Below are positions 21,823 to 31,590 of a stretch of DNA of 40,936 bases, one piece after another. The position numbers and the translations under genes were made by a program. Source of the stretch: a virus (Duplodnaviria > Caudoviricetes); IMG/VR virus record IMGVR_UViG_3300032320_002821, positions 1 through 40,936 of that record, one strand, 5' to 3'. The notes beneath the pieces are model-generated. The model was not told the DNA's origin, did no database searches, and saw only the letters and a list, made by a program, of their open reading frames with translations. Each line of letters begins with the position of its first letter. The first letter of the stretch is position 1.

Positions 21823-22680
21823 ATGGCAAATTTTTCAGACTTTAAGAAGAAGAGTAAGAACTCAGTCGCATCCCTCACCGAACGTCTTGACAAGCTCACC
21901 TCAAAGGAGAGCTACAAGGACGAGCGCATTTGGAAGCCCGGTATCGATAAGGCTGGCAACGGTTACGCGGTAATCCGTTTCCTCCCGGAGATCGATGGCG
22001 AAGATAGCCCCTTTGTGGCAGTCTACAGCCACACCTTTAAGGGCAAGGGTGGTTGGTTCTACGAGAACTGCCCCACGACCATCGGTGAAAAGTGCCCGGT
22101 GTGTGCGGCAAACACCGAACTTTGGAATAGTGGTATTGAGGATGATAAGAACATTGCGCGCAATCGTAAGCGTAAGTTGACTTACATCTCTAATATTTTG
22201 GTTGTTGAAGATCCCGCTAACCCAGAGAACAAGGGTAAGAACTTCCTGTATCAGTATGGCACCAAGATCTTCCAGAAGATTCAAAGCCTTGCTCATCCTG
22301 AGTATCAGGATGAGGTTGCGGTTGATCCGTTCAACTTCTGGACTGGTGCTGATTTTAAGATCAAGATTCGCAACGTTGGTGGTTATGTAAATTATGATCG
22401 TAGCGAATTTGCATCTCCTGCCCCGCTGTTTGGAGGGGACGATAAGAAGCTAGAGGAGCTCTGGAAGAAGCAGTACTCTCTCAAGGAGTTTACTGACAAG
22501 AGCCAGTTCAAGAGCTACCAGGAGCTTCAGGAGCGCCTTAAGAAGGCAACTGGCGACGATATCCGTGCGCAATTCACCGAGTCCAAGAGCATTGAGGACG
22601 ATGTAAGTGAGACGCTGGTGTCGGAAGATGTAGAGGAAAAAGATCCTCTAAAGTACTTCTCCGAAATGGAGAATGATTGA
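21823..22680 (+). CDS. gp32: single-stranded DNA-binding protein gp32
   Basis: DKAGNGYAVIRFLP, ENCPTTIG..CPVC, DPFNFWTGADFKIKIR...NYD.SEF; acidic tail. Confidence 0.97.
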   Translation: MANFSDFKKKSKNSVASLTERLDKLTSKESYKDERIWKPGIDKAGNGYAVIRFLPEIDGEDSPFVAVYSHTFKGKGGWFYENCPTTIGEKCPVCAANTELWNSGIEDDKNIARNRKRKLTYISNILVVEDPANPENKGKNFLYQYGTKIFQKIQSLAHPEYQDEVAVDPFNFWTGADFKIKIRNVGGYVNYDRSEFASPAPLFGGDDKKLEELWKKQYSLKEFTDKSQFKSYQELQERLKKATGDDIRAQFTESKSIEDDVSETLVSEDVEEKDPLKYFSEMEND

Positions 22681-22681
22681 G

Positions 22682-22708
22682 AAAAGCCCCCGAAAGGGGG
22701 CTTTTTTT
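22682..22708. terminator. intrinsic terminator (probably bidirectional)
   Basis: AAAAGCCCCC-gaaa-GGGGGCTTTTTTT. Confidence 0.9.
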
Positions 22709-23129
22709 ATCCCCAACGAGGATAACTGCCAAAGCGTTCTCTTCTATTAATAAAAATTAAATTTGTTGGATCCGTCGTCGGTCGTTCTTCAAAATTATTT
22801 TTTGCTTGTGGGTTTGGTAACCATCCCTGCCCAGTTTCTCTTCCAACAGATTCCATATCTCTTTGGAGTGATGAAATTCTACTGTTTAGTTCTGTGTATT
22901 TTGTTTCTGCGTCAAACTTTACAGATAAATCTAAAGCCGATTTTGCATAATCTGGAGAAACAGATACCTCCAGTGGAATAGCCGTTGGGCGAATTGGCAA
23001 AGATTCAGGCAATTCAACTTTTAATTGTTGGGTCGTAACATTTTCCATGGATAATTCTGAAACAGATATTGCTTCAGAAAATGCTTTCTTTTCAGCAGTT
23101 ATATCAATAGAAAAATTATCTTCATTCAT
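22707..23129 (-). CDS. hypothetical protein at the position after the hub-assembly genes
   Basis: ATGA-coupled to the gp51-like frame. Confidence 0.75.
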   Translation of the reverse strand: MNEDNFSIDITAEKKAFSEAISVSELSMENVTTQQLKVELPESLPIRPTAIPLEVSVSPDYAKSALDLSVKFDAETKYTELNSRISSLQRDMESVGRETGQGWLPNPQAKNNFEERPTTDPTNLIFINRRERFGSYPRWG

Positions 23130-23332
23130 AAAATATTAGATCCTAGATTATAGTTTTGAGCCATCTCCATGTGTTTTTTTTGTTCTTGATATTCTATTAA
23201 AATTTTTATATAAATTTCTCTTTCCCACCAAATCATATTGTCGATATCAAATAACGACCAATTAAAATTATTTATTAATGTAAAATTTGTGGTAAAGTAG
23301 TCTTTTAGATCAAAAAACTTTACCGAAAGGTA
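23126..23332 (-). CDS. gp51-like baseplate hub assembly frame lacking its own start (68 aa, -1 frame of the upstream gene)
   Basis: DLKDYFTTNF.L.....WSL.DIDNMIWWEREIY matches the LxxYYxxNF...SLxEIENMIPWERxIY family. No ATG/GTG/TTG precedes the conserved part. Confidence 0.75.
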   Translation of the reverse strand, partial: YLSVKFFDLKDYFTTNFTLINNFNWSLFDIDNMIWWEREIYIKILIEYQEQKKHMEMAQNYNLGSNIL

Positions 23333-23982
23333 AAAAAAGTTAAAAGACCACTTACCTCCTTTTCTTCAGTATCTGTTTTTACTACGACCGTCAATTCAGG
23401 TTGCTTGGATAAAAAATCTTCAAATTTGCTTAAAACATTTAAAGGAAGATTATCCATCATTTCCTTTATCTCTTCGTTTACAAACTTGTTAACATAAAAA
23501 ACTTCACCATTAAAGGTAACTTTTTTTACACATGCTTTGACTAGTTGTTCTTTGTCTAATGAATTTAATTTCAACAAATCCTTTATCTTAGGTGTTTCCA
23601 AGGTAAGATAAAAGTTTGTATTGATTTGTATTGTATCGGAAACAAGATCATTTTTCCATCCTATTGATGGAATAAAAACATTAATTTTTTGATTATTGTA
23701 AATTAAATTCAGTTGTTCATCAACGCTTTTTGATCTTATTTGCAAAAATAAGTATTCTGCATCTGCCAAGCATAAGTTTAAAACATTGCAGTTTTTGGCA
23801 TTTGATTTTAACAATTCAACCATAGCGTTTAGCGCTAATTTTTTATTTTCCTCTTGAAGAACTATTGATAAGCCCTTAGCATCTTTTACGCGAAAAGGTG
23901 TAAAAGATACTTTTTCTTTTGAAAAAGGTAAAGTGGTTTCGTAGGTTGGTAAAATATTTTCTAATGAAGATAATAAGTTCAT
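23320..23982 (-). CDS. gp26: baseplate hub assembly protein gp26-like
   Basis: P.YE..LP.S...V.F.PF.VK..K.L...D.EYLFLQIRSKSV.E...P.L...GL..FF. Confidence 0.85.
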   Translation of the reverse strand: MNLLSSLENILPTYETTLPFSKEKVSFTPFRVKDAKGLSIVLQEENKKLALNAMVELLKSNAKNCNVLNLCLADAEYLFLQIRSKSVDEQLNLIYNNQKINVFIPSIGWKNDLVSDTIQINTNFYLTLETPKIKDLLKLNSLDKEQLVKACVKKVTFNGEVFYVNKFVNEEIKEMMDNLPLNVLSKFEDFLSKQPELTVVVKTDTEEKEVSGLLTFFTFR

Positions 23983-23985
23983 AAA

Positions 23986-24561
23986 TTATAATCCGTCTTT
24001 TACAGTAAAATCTCTAAAGAACATCAAAACAGAGTACACATTATACTCGTTTGTTTTCAACATATTCATTTCAAGTGGCAAGCATTCTATCGGATAAATC
24101 TCATAGAATGTATAGGTTATATTTGGATCCCCGTTGGGATTTAAAAGACTTACTTTCATTTGAGTTTGTGCAACTAAAGTATCGTAGTATTGAAGTTGAA
24201 AGGCATTGTTCAGTGACCCTCTTTGTCTTCCTCCAGAATATATTGCGTTGAACCATGAATCAAAAAATTTAGTTATAAAATTGTCGTTCGTTATAGGAAA
24301 AGACATCAAAACAGCTTGGGGAAACTTTTGAGATCGTGGAATAGTTCTACCCGGGCCATAACCAATTAAACCATCTGCCACTGCATCTATAGCTCTAACT
24401 CCCATAGTGACAGCAATAGGGTTGACATCATCTGCTGGAAGAGGTGGCAAACCTGGAGGTAAATTAATAAATTTTAAAGAAAATCTATTTGACCTTTGGA
24501 TACCATCATGTCTATCAAAAAAGTCTTTTATTGAGAGTATGGAGTTATTATTTGTGGGCAT
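23986..24561 (-). CDS. tail tube initiator gp54 / gp19-fold protein
   Basis: G.QRSNRF...FFD.W...Y....F.E.YP...M....Y.V.F; between gp4 and gp26. Confidence 0.7.
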   Translation of the reverse strand: MPTNNNSILSIKDFFDRHDGIQRSNRFSLKFINLPPGLPPLPADDVNPIAVTMGVRAIDAVADGLIGYGPGRTIPRSQKFPQAVLMSFPITNDNFITKFFDSWFNAIYSGGRQRGSLNNAFQLQYYDTLVAQTQMKVSLLNPNGDPNITYTFYEIYPIECLPLEMNMLKTNEYNVYSVLMFFRDFTVKDGL

Positions 24562-24973
24562 TGTTGAACAGGTCTTTTTCTGTTAAAATTTTAAAAGTAA
24601 TATTGTTTTTTTCGCAATATGTCTTTGCAGCGCTCCACTTTGATTGATTTATGATCCAGGTTACTTTTTCTTTTTTGGAGGCGTTTTCCTTTAATATTGT
24701 TTGTTTTTTTGGTTTAACCTCAATCATCCAAGTATGTATTCCAGAGTTATTTTGAAATTGTATCAAAAAATCAGGAAAGTAGTTGTGCATCTTATTGTCG
24801 AGTGGACTTAAATATGGGATGCTGATTTCTTCAGATGACCATTTTATTATATTTGGATTATCATCACAAAATTTACAAACATTTCGTTCCCAAAGTGATC
24901 TGCATACGATTTTTGAGGAATCTCCTATGTATTTTTTTGGGTTCTTTGGATTAAAAATACTTTTATAGGCCAT
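24548..24973 (-). CDS. gp4: head completion nuclease gp4
   Basis: YK..F.PKNP.KY.GD...I..RSLWE...WSSEE..IPY...YFPDF...IEVKP...KW..A...F..LTE. Confidence 0.92.
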   Translation of the reverse strand: MAYKSIFNPKNPKKYIGDSSKIVCRSLWERNVCKFCDDNPNIIKWSSEEISIPYLSPLDNKMHNYFPDFLIQFQNNSGIHTWMIEVKPKKQTILKENASKKEKVTWIINQSKWSAAKTYCEKNNITFKILTEKDLFNNAHK

Positions 24974-24978
24974 CAGAA

Positions 24979-25001
24979 TATTTAGAGAATTTGTCTAAAT
25001 A
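24979..25001. promoter_or_regulatory. divergent pair of late promoters
   Basis: TCTAAATA on the minus strand (24979-24986) and the plus strand (24994-25001). Confidence 0.8.
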
Positions 25002-25008
25002 ATATTAC

Positions 25009-25830
25009 ATGGCAAGGTTATCTTATTCATACCCAACAGGATTGGCTGCAGCAGAACAACCACTCTGGATGAATTTTTATGCTGCAACTTATTCTTTACG
25101 AAACTATGAAAGAACTCGCTCGGGAGTGGCAAATAGGGCTTTTGCACAGATCAAATTGCCCATGCCAAGAGAACCTGGATATTTAATCGCCCATGAGTTC
25201 GGTGAAAGCAATAACAACCCAGTTGGACCTCTATTAACACGTGCTGGTATCGCTAATGCTGGTGGTGCCGTACAGGGAGCCATTACTAATTTAGCTAGAA
25301 CATTACAACCGGCTACATTCTATTGGGAACGGCTATTTGCTACCTCAACTTATAGAAGATTTAGCAACATAGCTGAACTTTCTATGGTTTCCGAAGGAAG
25401 AAAAAAATATTTTTTCCAATATGCTTTAATTCCAAAAAATGAAGAAGAAACCGTCCAAATAGAAAATATTGTTGGAACTTTTAGAAAATCTTCATATCCA
25501 ACAGTAGCGAGCGGATTACCGGAACGTTCATACCCACAAAATTTGTGGACATTGCGAGTAACAAAAGGAAATGCTCCTGCTTTTGGTGGAGAGGATAATT
25601 TGACAGCAAATTGGCTGGGAGAACCACTTGTATGTGTTCTTGAAACAGTAAAAGTACAAAAAAATGATGAAAGTGATCCAGTAGTAAGATTTTTACCAAA
25701 TGGTGCTTCATCCATGACCTTACTGGGGCTGGTTTTTAGTGAGTTTGAAACAGGAACATATGTACCAGAAAGAAATGCACTCTGGTCAAAATCAGAAGTT
25801 TCAGAGTATTATTTTGGAAGATCGACATGA
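25009..25830 (+). CDS. gp48: baseplate tail-tube cap gp48-like
   Basis: YP...I.LPMP...R...F...LIPKN.EE...I..I...F...YP...CVL..V.V...L.L.F.E; synteny. Confidence 0.75.
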   Translation: MARLSYSYPTGLAAAEQPLWMNFYAATYSLRNYERTRSGVANRAFAQIKLPMPREPGYLIAHEFGESNNNPVGPLLTRAGIANAGGAVQGAITNLARTLQPATFYWERLFATSTYRRFSNIAELSMVSEGRKKYFFQYALIPKNEEETVQIENIVGTFRKSSYPTVASGLPERSYPQNLWTLRVTKGNAPAFGGEDNLTANWLGEPLVCVLETVKVQKNDESDPVVRFLPNGASSMTLLGLVFSEFETGTYVPERNALWSKSEVSEYYFGRST

Positions 25831-26663
25831 AATTTTTTATAAATTTACCAAAAACATCTTTTGCCAGTTCTATTGGCAATTTTGAAATTTCTAATTTTTT
25901 TACTTACTTGGATGTTGAAAATTTAAAATTTAGTAAAGCCTCTGTAAATATTGATAATAAAACTACTTTAATTGAAGCAGCATATTCAATATATGGTGAT
26001 CCCAATAATTTTTGGACATTTATTGCAGCAAATAATACGGTAAACCCTTTTGATTTATTAGAAGAAAATGTAACTAATTTTTTAAATATTCAAGAAAATA
26101 AAGTAAGCTTTTTATTATTTCCTGGTGCAACAGCTGTGACCGGTGGAGTAGCTTTTCCTGCAGGCAGTTTGATTTTTCCTTATATTGGAAATACCGGTGC
26201 ATGTTATTTTTACGGCTATACGGGAAATTATGATCTGTATGGTCGGTATGCGATAATAGAATCATCATCATTTTATGATGGTTATATGACAATTGGAAGA
26301 CAACATGGTGGAACTGGTGATTTTATAGTTGTTGGAGCAAGTGCAGAACGCGTATCTGTTGTAAAATATAATGCGGGTGGAACCTATGAGTGGGCTGGAA
26401 ACTATTATGCAAATAATAAAAAATATGCAAAAGATAAGATAACCTCCATAGTAAACCCGAAAGATGCAAAAATAATTTATAGAGAAGCAGTATCGTCAAA
26501 TGAAACTATTGATGATATTCTTCCAGAGTCTACTCCAATCTCGGGTGTTACTTTTGCTGTAACATCACAAGAAGCAAATGAAAATATATCCAAAAACATT
26601 AAAGCCTATTCTCCAAATGAATTGGGCACCGTTCAATCTTTGTTTATAACCGCTAAGTATTAA
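25827..26663 (+). CDS. gp53: baseplate wedge gp53-like
   Basis: FF..LP...AY.IYGDP..FW....AN...NP...E..EN...IK; synteny. Confidence 0.75.
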   Translation: MKFFINLPKTSFASSIGNFEISNFFTYLDVENLKFSKASVNIDNKTTLIEAAYSIYGDPNNFWTFIAANNTVNPFDLLEENVTNFLNIQENKVSFLLFPGATAVTGGVAFPAGSLIFPYIGNTGACYFYGYTGNYDLYGRYAIIESSSFYDGYMTIGRQHGGTGDFIVVGASAERVSVVKYNAGGTYEWAGNYYANNKKYAKDKITSIVNPKDAKIIYREAVSSNETIDDILPESTPISGVTFAVTSQEANENISKNIKAYSPNELGTVQSLFITAKY

Positions 26664-26667
26664 TGAT

Positions 26668-28704
26668 ATGGCCAATACACAACCGCAGTTTAATCCTGCT
26701 TATTCTACTATAAAATCAATCTATTTGAGTGCATCGTTGCCAGAATCGATAACGACTAACACTCCCGGCATTTTACAAATAAATTCGCAAAATACACAAT
26801 GCCGATTTGAAAAACTTGAAATTGTTGAAAATATAAATGAAGTTTTACCAGCTGGCGCGATAATGGTAAAAGATCTGAATGATATAGAAACTTATATTGC
26901 GGCAAATAAACTTAAACATGTAATTATTCAGTTTTTTGATGGCACCCGCTGGAACTGTGATATAACCAGCGTTTCTTACATGAATAATGCCGCATCAGAT
27001 ACGGAAGAAACATTAGTTGTAATAAATTTTACAAATTTATATTATACTTATTTTTCTAGCAGAGGAATAGTTGAGCTTTTAGGATACAAAAAGCCACAAA
27101 TTTTTTCAATAAATGAATTTGTTAATCAATTACGTACAGTAACATTTGGTGTTCCTGCGACGGCTTCTGGTGGATACCAAGATCCTGCTGTAAATTATTT
27201 CTTATACCGTCCTTTTGTTCCCTACAACAGTGGCGAAGAATCTGCACCAGACAATGCGATTGAGTTATTAAATTATATATCAACCTATGCAGTAAATAAA
27301 AACAAAAATCCTTATTTCCTTTTTTGGACATCTATAGACGGTGCAGTTAATTTTAAATATTTTGATAGAGATTTGACCAAAGATTCTTCTTATGCAAGGA
27401 TCAATCAAGATTATAGAAACATAGGAATATATGATGGTGATTCAGTTTTACAAAAACTAAGTGACGATAAAGTATACCGCAAAGCATATTTCTTTGCGAC
27501 AAATCCCGCATTTCAGTGGATTTCTAAAAACTACTATTATATCAGAAAAACACCAAAATATCTTGATACACTGTCAGGAATTTCGGGTACATGTGCTGGC
27601 AACCTTACGGATGAGCAATTATTAGAACAACAAAATAAAACAACAAAAAATCTGTCTTTCCATTTTATGGATGATGGACAGAAATATAATATTGATGTAA
27701 TCACAGTTGATGGAAGAGGAAAAAATGCACCCCCCGGAGGAGATCAGTTGTATGCTCCCAGTGAATGGGGATATTATGATGCACAAGTTCCAAGTAACAA
27801 TAAATCAATGACAAATTTGTTGGGAAACCAATACGGAACCCAACAACAATATAGCGCATTGTCCATGATGGGTTTAACGGGAATGATGCCATATTTGGAT
27901 AGCCCAGATATGTGGAGAAATATGTTTAATATTACTCCAACAAATCCAAACTATCCAGATAAACCAGATGCAAGTGTTGAAGATCCTGTTCCGGGGTCTT
28001 CAACCAATTTACAAAAAGTAATTGATATAAGATATCAATCATTCTTGTCTGATACTGGATTATCTGGAGGATCTGGAAATAGTTCCGGTGGATCTATTTC
28101 ATTTAATTCTCCCAATCACCTAGAATTGATGCGTCAAATTGAAGCTCAAAATTTTGTAATGTACTCTTTGTGTTGTATGGGTCAAAAAGAAGATTGTTTT
28201 TTCGCAGTATTGCAAAAATATGAGGTTGATTCAACATATTCCAATGGTCTTCCAGCGGGAGTTACGGCAGCAGCTGGCGGAAAGATGTACCGTTATAAAT
28301 GGAATAAAATTATTTTTGAACCACCGACAGGATCGGCTGCAGGTATGTGTGCCGGTATGGGTGCCGGTGCATGTGGTGCAGGATCAAGTGATTCCACTTA
28401 CGGCAACCAAATAGAAAAGTGGTATCTGGACCCAGGTATAAAATCAAGTGAAACTCAAGATAATACTTGGGCCATAAATCTAAATGAAAGAGGTTTAACC
28501 GGAAATTATTTACCACCGGGATGGGTTACTACCAATTTACCAACTCAATTTAAATTTAGACCGATAGGTTTGCCATCCAATATCACAGAACCAATTGACA
28601 GCGGTATAATAAGGCATTTTGTACGCTTGTGCATAGATCAAAGTTCTCCAAATGCTAAAGTGACGTACTTCTGGGCAGAAAATTTAGTGGATGGATCTTG
28701 CTAA
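26668..28704 (+). CDS. baseplate hub (gp27-like) N-terminal portion with extra domains
   Basis: I.ENI......G.I.VKD motif and PYFLFW.....VNFK; located after gp53. Confidence 0.55.
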   Translation: MANTQPQFNPAYSTIKSIYLSASLPESITTNTPGILQINSQNTQCRFEKLEIVENINEVLPAGAIMVKDLNDIETYIAANKLKHVIIQFFDGTRWNCDITSVSYMNNAASDTEETLVVINFTNLYYTYFSSRGIVELLGYKKPQIFSINEFVNQLRTVTFGVPATASGGYQDPAVNYFLYRPFVPYNSGEESAPDNAIELLNYISTYAVNKNKNPYFLFWTSIDGAVNFKYFDRDLTKDSSYARINQDYRNIGIYDGDSVLQKLSDDKVYRKAYFFATNPAFQWISKNYYYIRKTPKYLDTLSGISGTCAGNLTDEQLLEQQNKTTKNLSFHFMDDGQKYNIDVITVDGRGKNAPPGGDQLYAPSEWGYYDAQVPSNNKSMTNLLGNQYGTQQQYSALSMMGLTGMMPYLDSPDMWRNMFNITPTNPNYPDKPDASVEDPVPGSSTNLQKVIDIRYQSFLSDTGLSGGSGNSSGGSISFNSPNHLELMRQIEAQNFVMYSLCCMGQKEDCFFAVLQKYEVDSTYSNGLPAGVTAAAGGKMYRYKWNKIIFEPPTGSAAGMCAGMGAGACGAGSSDSTYGNQIEKWYLDPGIKSSETQDNTWAINLNERGLTGNYLPPGWVTTNLPTQFKFRPIGLPSNITEPIDSGIIRHFVRLCIDQSSPNAKVTYFWAENLVDGSC

Positions 28705-28713
28705 GGAAAAACC

Positions 28714-29484
28714 ATGGCATCAAATCAAATATACACATATGGAACAAACAATAGCCAATCGGCATTTTACTCAGTAAATAATAAAGACACATATGAATGT
28801 GCAAATAGCAATATTACAAGAGGAGTCTGTCTATCACCAGCTAGTTTGGATGAATGTTTTCAACAATATCCAAAAATTAAAGAAATAGCAACGGCGGTAG
28901 GATTTTATAATAGTCAAACAAATGGTTATATCTTGTGGACTGGTGGAACCGGAGCGCCCAGCACAAATTTAACAAATACTTTCATTCCTGTTGATTTATA
29001 TTTTGAAAAACCGACAACAGAATGTGAGCAAATTAATGGTATTCTAGGATCAGAGTGGCTTGGATGTTTGTGGGGAACCCCGTCCGCCCCATATAGCTGC
29101 ACCTGTCCAGAAATAGCCCCAAAATATGAAGCTTATATTAAACTCCGTTTGAACGACGCTTCATTTTGGAATACACCCGTAGAAGCTCCAGTTAAACGGG
29201 CAGAATTTATAGATGCTTTGCAGTATGGTAAAAAGCTAGATGTTACTGTTGCCGGTGACTTTAAATTAAGGCTTGGACAAGTTGTAAATATTCGTGTAGA
29301 TGGTATAAGTAAATATCCATATCTCCAGCAAAATCCGTATTTAAATGGTTTATATTATATTACTGGCATAAAGCATGTAGTTAGCAATTCTGGAACACAT
29401 GAAAGTGCACTATCATTGAGCCAAATAGCTGGAGATTTCTCTGGAGTTACTGGAAACGTAGCAAATATTCCATATTACTCATGA
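28714..29484 (+). CDS. baseplate hub (gp27/GpD-like) C-terminal portion
   Basis: LDVTVAGDFKLRLGQVVNI...LNGLYYITGIKH motif; own TAAGGA SD. Confidence 0.65.
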   Translation: MASNQIYTYGTNNSQSAFYSVNNKDTYECANSNITRGVCLSPASLDECFQQYPKIKEIATAVGFYNSQTNGYILWTGGTGAPSTNLTNTFIPVDLYFEKPTTECEQINGILGSEWLGCLWGTPSAPYSCTCPEIAPKYEAYIKLRLNDASFWNTPVEAPVKRAEFIDALQYGKKLDVTVAGDFKLRLGQVVNIRVDGISKYPYLQQNPYLNGLYYITGIKHVVSNSGTHESALSLSQIAGDFSGVTGNVANIPYYS

Positions 29485-29497
29485 TATAAATATTGTG

Positions 29498-29878
29498 ATG
29501 GCCACAAAAGATTTTTCAATTTTGCTTGAAAAAGTTAACACCAGAGCAGCTGCTAAAGATATTTCTTTGGTGACTGGGTATAATGCATATTCGCAATATA
29601 TAGAAAACGTATGTAAAACACAAAAAGGCGAATTAGTTGCTGATATAAATTTTGGATCAGATTATTTTAATTATATTTTTGCTGGTCAAGCTGATATTGG
29701 AAGTCTTGAAGCCGCTTTATCTGCATATATAGAAGCTTCAATAACATCAATTACCAATGTTGTAGTTAAAACAGAAAACATTACCGATACTGTATTTGAA
29801 TTTTTTATAACATATTCAATATCAGACGGTATCAATTCACAAAGCAATGCAAGCACTCTAATAGAGGTTGAAATATAA
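29498..29878 (+). CDS. gp25: baseplate wedge/sheath initiator gp25-like
   Basis: DI......A..Q.I.N...T..GE......FGS..IF; TATAAATA-5-ATG. Confidence 0.8.
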   Translation: MATKDFSILLEKVNTRAAAKDISLVTGYNAYSQYIENVCKTQKGELVADINFGSDYFNYIFAGQADIGSLEAALSAYIEASITSITNVVVKTENITDTVFEFFITYSISDGINSQSNASTLIEVEI

Positions 29879-30960
29879 TGACATACCAGTTACAAAATTT
29901 AAACGTGGCCTCTTTGGATTTTGATGATATCAAGAGTTCTTTGGTTAGTTTTTTACAAAATCAACCCGATTTGGCAGATATAGATTTTCAAAACAATGCT
30001 AGTACTGCAAATATGTTAATAAACATTTTAGCAACAGCAACCGCATATAATGGAATATATGCCCAATTTGGATTTGTAAATTCTTTTGCTACAACAACCA
30101 CTTTAATGGAAAGCATTCTGGGAATTGCTTCTAATAATTCAGTTCTTGTTGCTCCAACGCAAAGTGCAACATCATCTCGAACAGTTACGGCAGTTAATGC
30201 CACATTACAGGATTATTCGACATTTTTGGCCACGACTCCAGCAGGAAGCGATACTTTCTTTTTCAACATAACTGATGTTCCATCTGGAACCAGCAAAACA
30301 ACTATTTTGTATTCTGGCTCATCTGTGACCAGTTTTACAAATTATGATTATACAACACAATCATGTGAGCTGCCTTATACTGTAGATCCCCGAACTATTT
30401 CTTTTTATGAAACCACTACCGGAACCGGCGTTGTAACTAAATGGACAAGAGTTGATAAGGGTACTACTTCTACAGCAAATAACTCAAATACATTTACAGT
30501 AATTAATGGCCCACGGGGCTATATTGTAACAAATAACTTTTTAACTGCTAAAAAATTAAATACTTCCAGCACCGTTCTTATAAAGGCAGTTATTTCCAAT
30601 GGAAGTGTCGGAAATAATGCTTCGATCACATCCAGAAGCGATACATTATTTCCAGCATCTACTACACCATCTGGTGGTTACAATCTTTTGTCTGTAACGC
30701 AAGCAAGATATCGGCTTTTATTTAATGCAACCGGCCAAGATAGATGTGTAACAATAAACGACTATACAAATGCTATATTAAGTTCGGGTATAGCTGGAAC
30801 TGATGATGAAAGTCTTATCTGTGTCCAAAATGACTGCTGTATTCCGGGCAAAGTAAAAATTTATGTAACAGGACTATCTTCATCTGGACAAAATGCTCTG
30901 ATGTCTTATTTGGGTGCAAGATCCGTAGCAGGAATTAACTTGGCGTACGAACAATGCTAA
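29878..30960 (+). CDS. gp6: baseplate wedge gp6-like (short, 360 aa)
   Basis: LDFDDIK.SL..FL..Q....D.DF......LI.ILA; NG..GN; QDR.VT..DY; GKV.I. Confidence 0.85.
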   Translation: MTYQLQNLNVASLDFDDIKSSLVSFLQNQPDLADIDFQNNASTANMLINILATATAYNGIYAQFGFVNSFATTTTLMESILGIASNNSVLVAPTQSATSSRTVTAVNATLQDYSTFLATTPAGSDTFFFNITDVPSGTSKTTILYSGSSVTSFTNYDYTTQSCELPYTVDPRTISFYETTTGTGVVTKWTRVDKGTTSTANNSNTFTVINGPRGYIVTNNFLTAKKLNTSSTVLIKAVISNGSVGNNASITSRSDTLFPASTTPSGGYNLLSVTQARYRLLFNATGQDRCVTINDYTNAILSSGIAGTDDESLICVQNDCCIPGKVKIYVTGLSSSGQNALMSYLGARSVAGINLAYEQC

Positions 30961-31589
30961 CCATTTATAGCAATCAATCGACTAGTCTATACACCAAAAG
31001 CCAGTTATCTGGAAGTTTGGTAGATGTAGAACTCGGCAGCGATGCCAAAGATATTGACACGACAAAATGGTTTGGAGATCTTTTGACGGTAGATTCTCTG
31101 TTTCCGCAGTGGATTTTAAAAGAATATTCAAATAATCCGACCAATGTAACTTTTATACCATTAATTAAAAATTATTTTAGATGGTTGTTTAGTTTACAGT
31201 ATGGATATGGTGCTCAACTAAACTGGGAAAAAATTAGAGTTCCATTGTATGTGGACAGTATATTTTTGGAAGCGCTTGCTGATTTTTATTTTCCTGGAGC
31301 AGATTTTAGTCAAACTGCATTAAACAATATATTGCCAAATATACGAACTTTTTCAGTAAAAGTGGATGCAAACTATTTTAACATCAAAGGAACACCACAA
31401 GCTGTTAAATATTTAATATGTTCACTTTTGGGTTTTAATATAAATGATGTATATGTTGTATCTACGACTTATAGCAGTATGGAAATACAAATTAGGTCTT
31501 CTGAATATACCCGTCTTCAGACTTATGATTTATTTTTAAGAGAATATGCAATTCCAGCCGGAGTGGTCTTATCTTATAGGGTGATTTAA
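30954..31589 (+). CDS. baseplate wedge gp7-like / tail protein I-like (short)
   Basis: FP.WI..EY...F....YF.WL...KGT..AVKYL...L...PAG; follows gp6. Confidence 0.65.
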   Translation: MLTIYSNQSTSLYTKSQLSGSLVDVELGSDAKDIDTTKWFGDLLTVDSLFPQWILKEYSNNPTNVTFIPLIKNYFRWLFSLQYGYGAQLNWEKIRVPLYVDSIFLEALADFYFPGADFSQTALNNILPNIRTFSVKVDANYFNIKGTPQAVKYLICSLLGFNINDVYVVSTTYSSMEIQIRSSEYTRLQTYDLFLREYAIPAGVVLSYRVI

Positions 31590-31590
31590 T

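Noticed and set aside
28690-28720. Stop-codon readthrough or an alternative genetic code joining the two hub ORFs
   Set aside because: The stop is TAA, followed by a TAAGGA SD and an ATG; conserved genes are full length under code 11.
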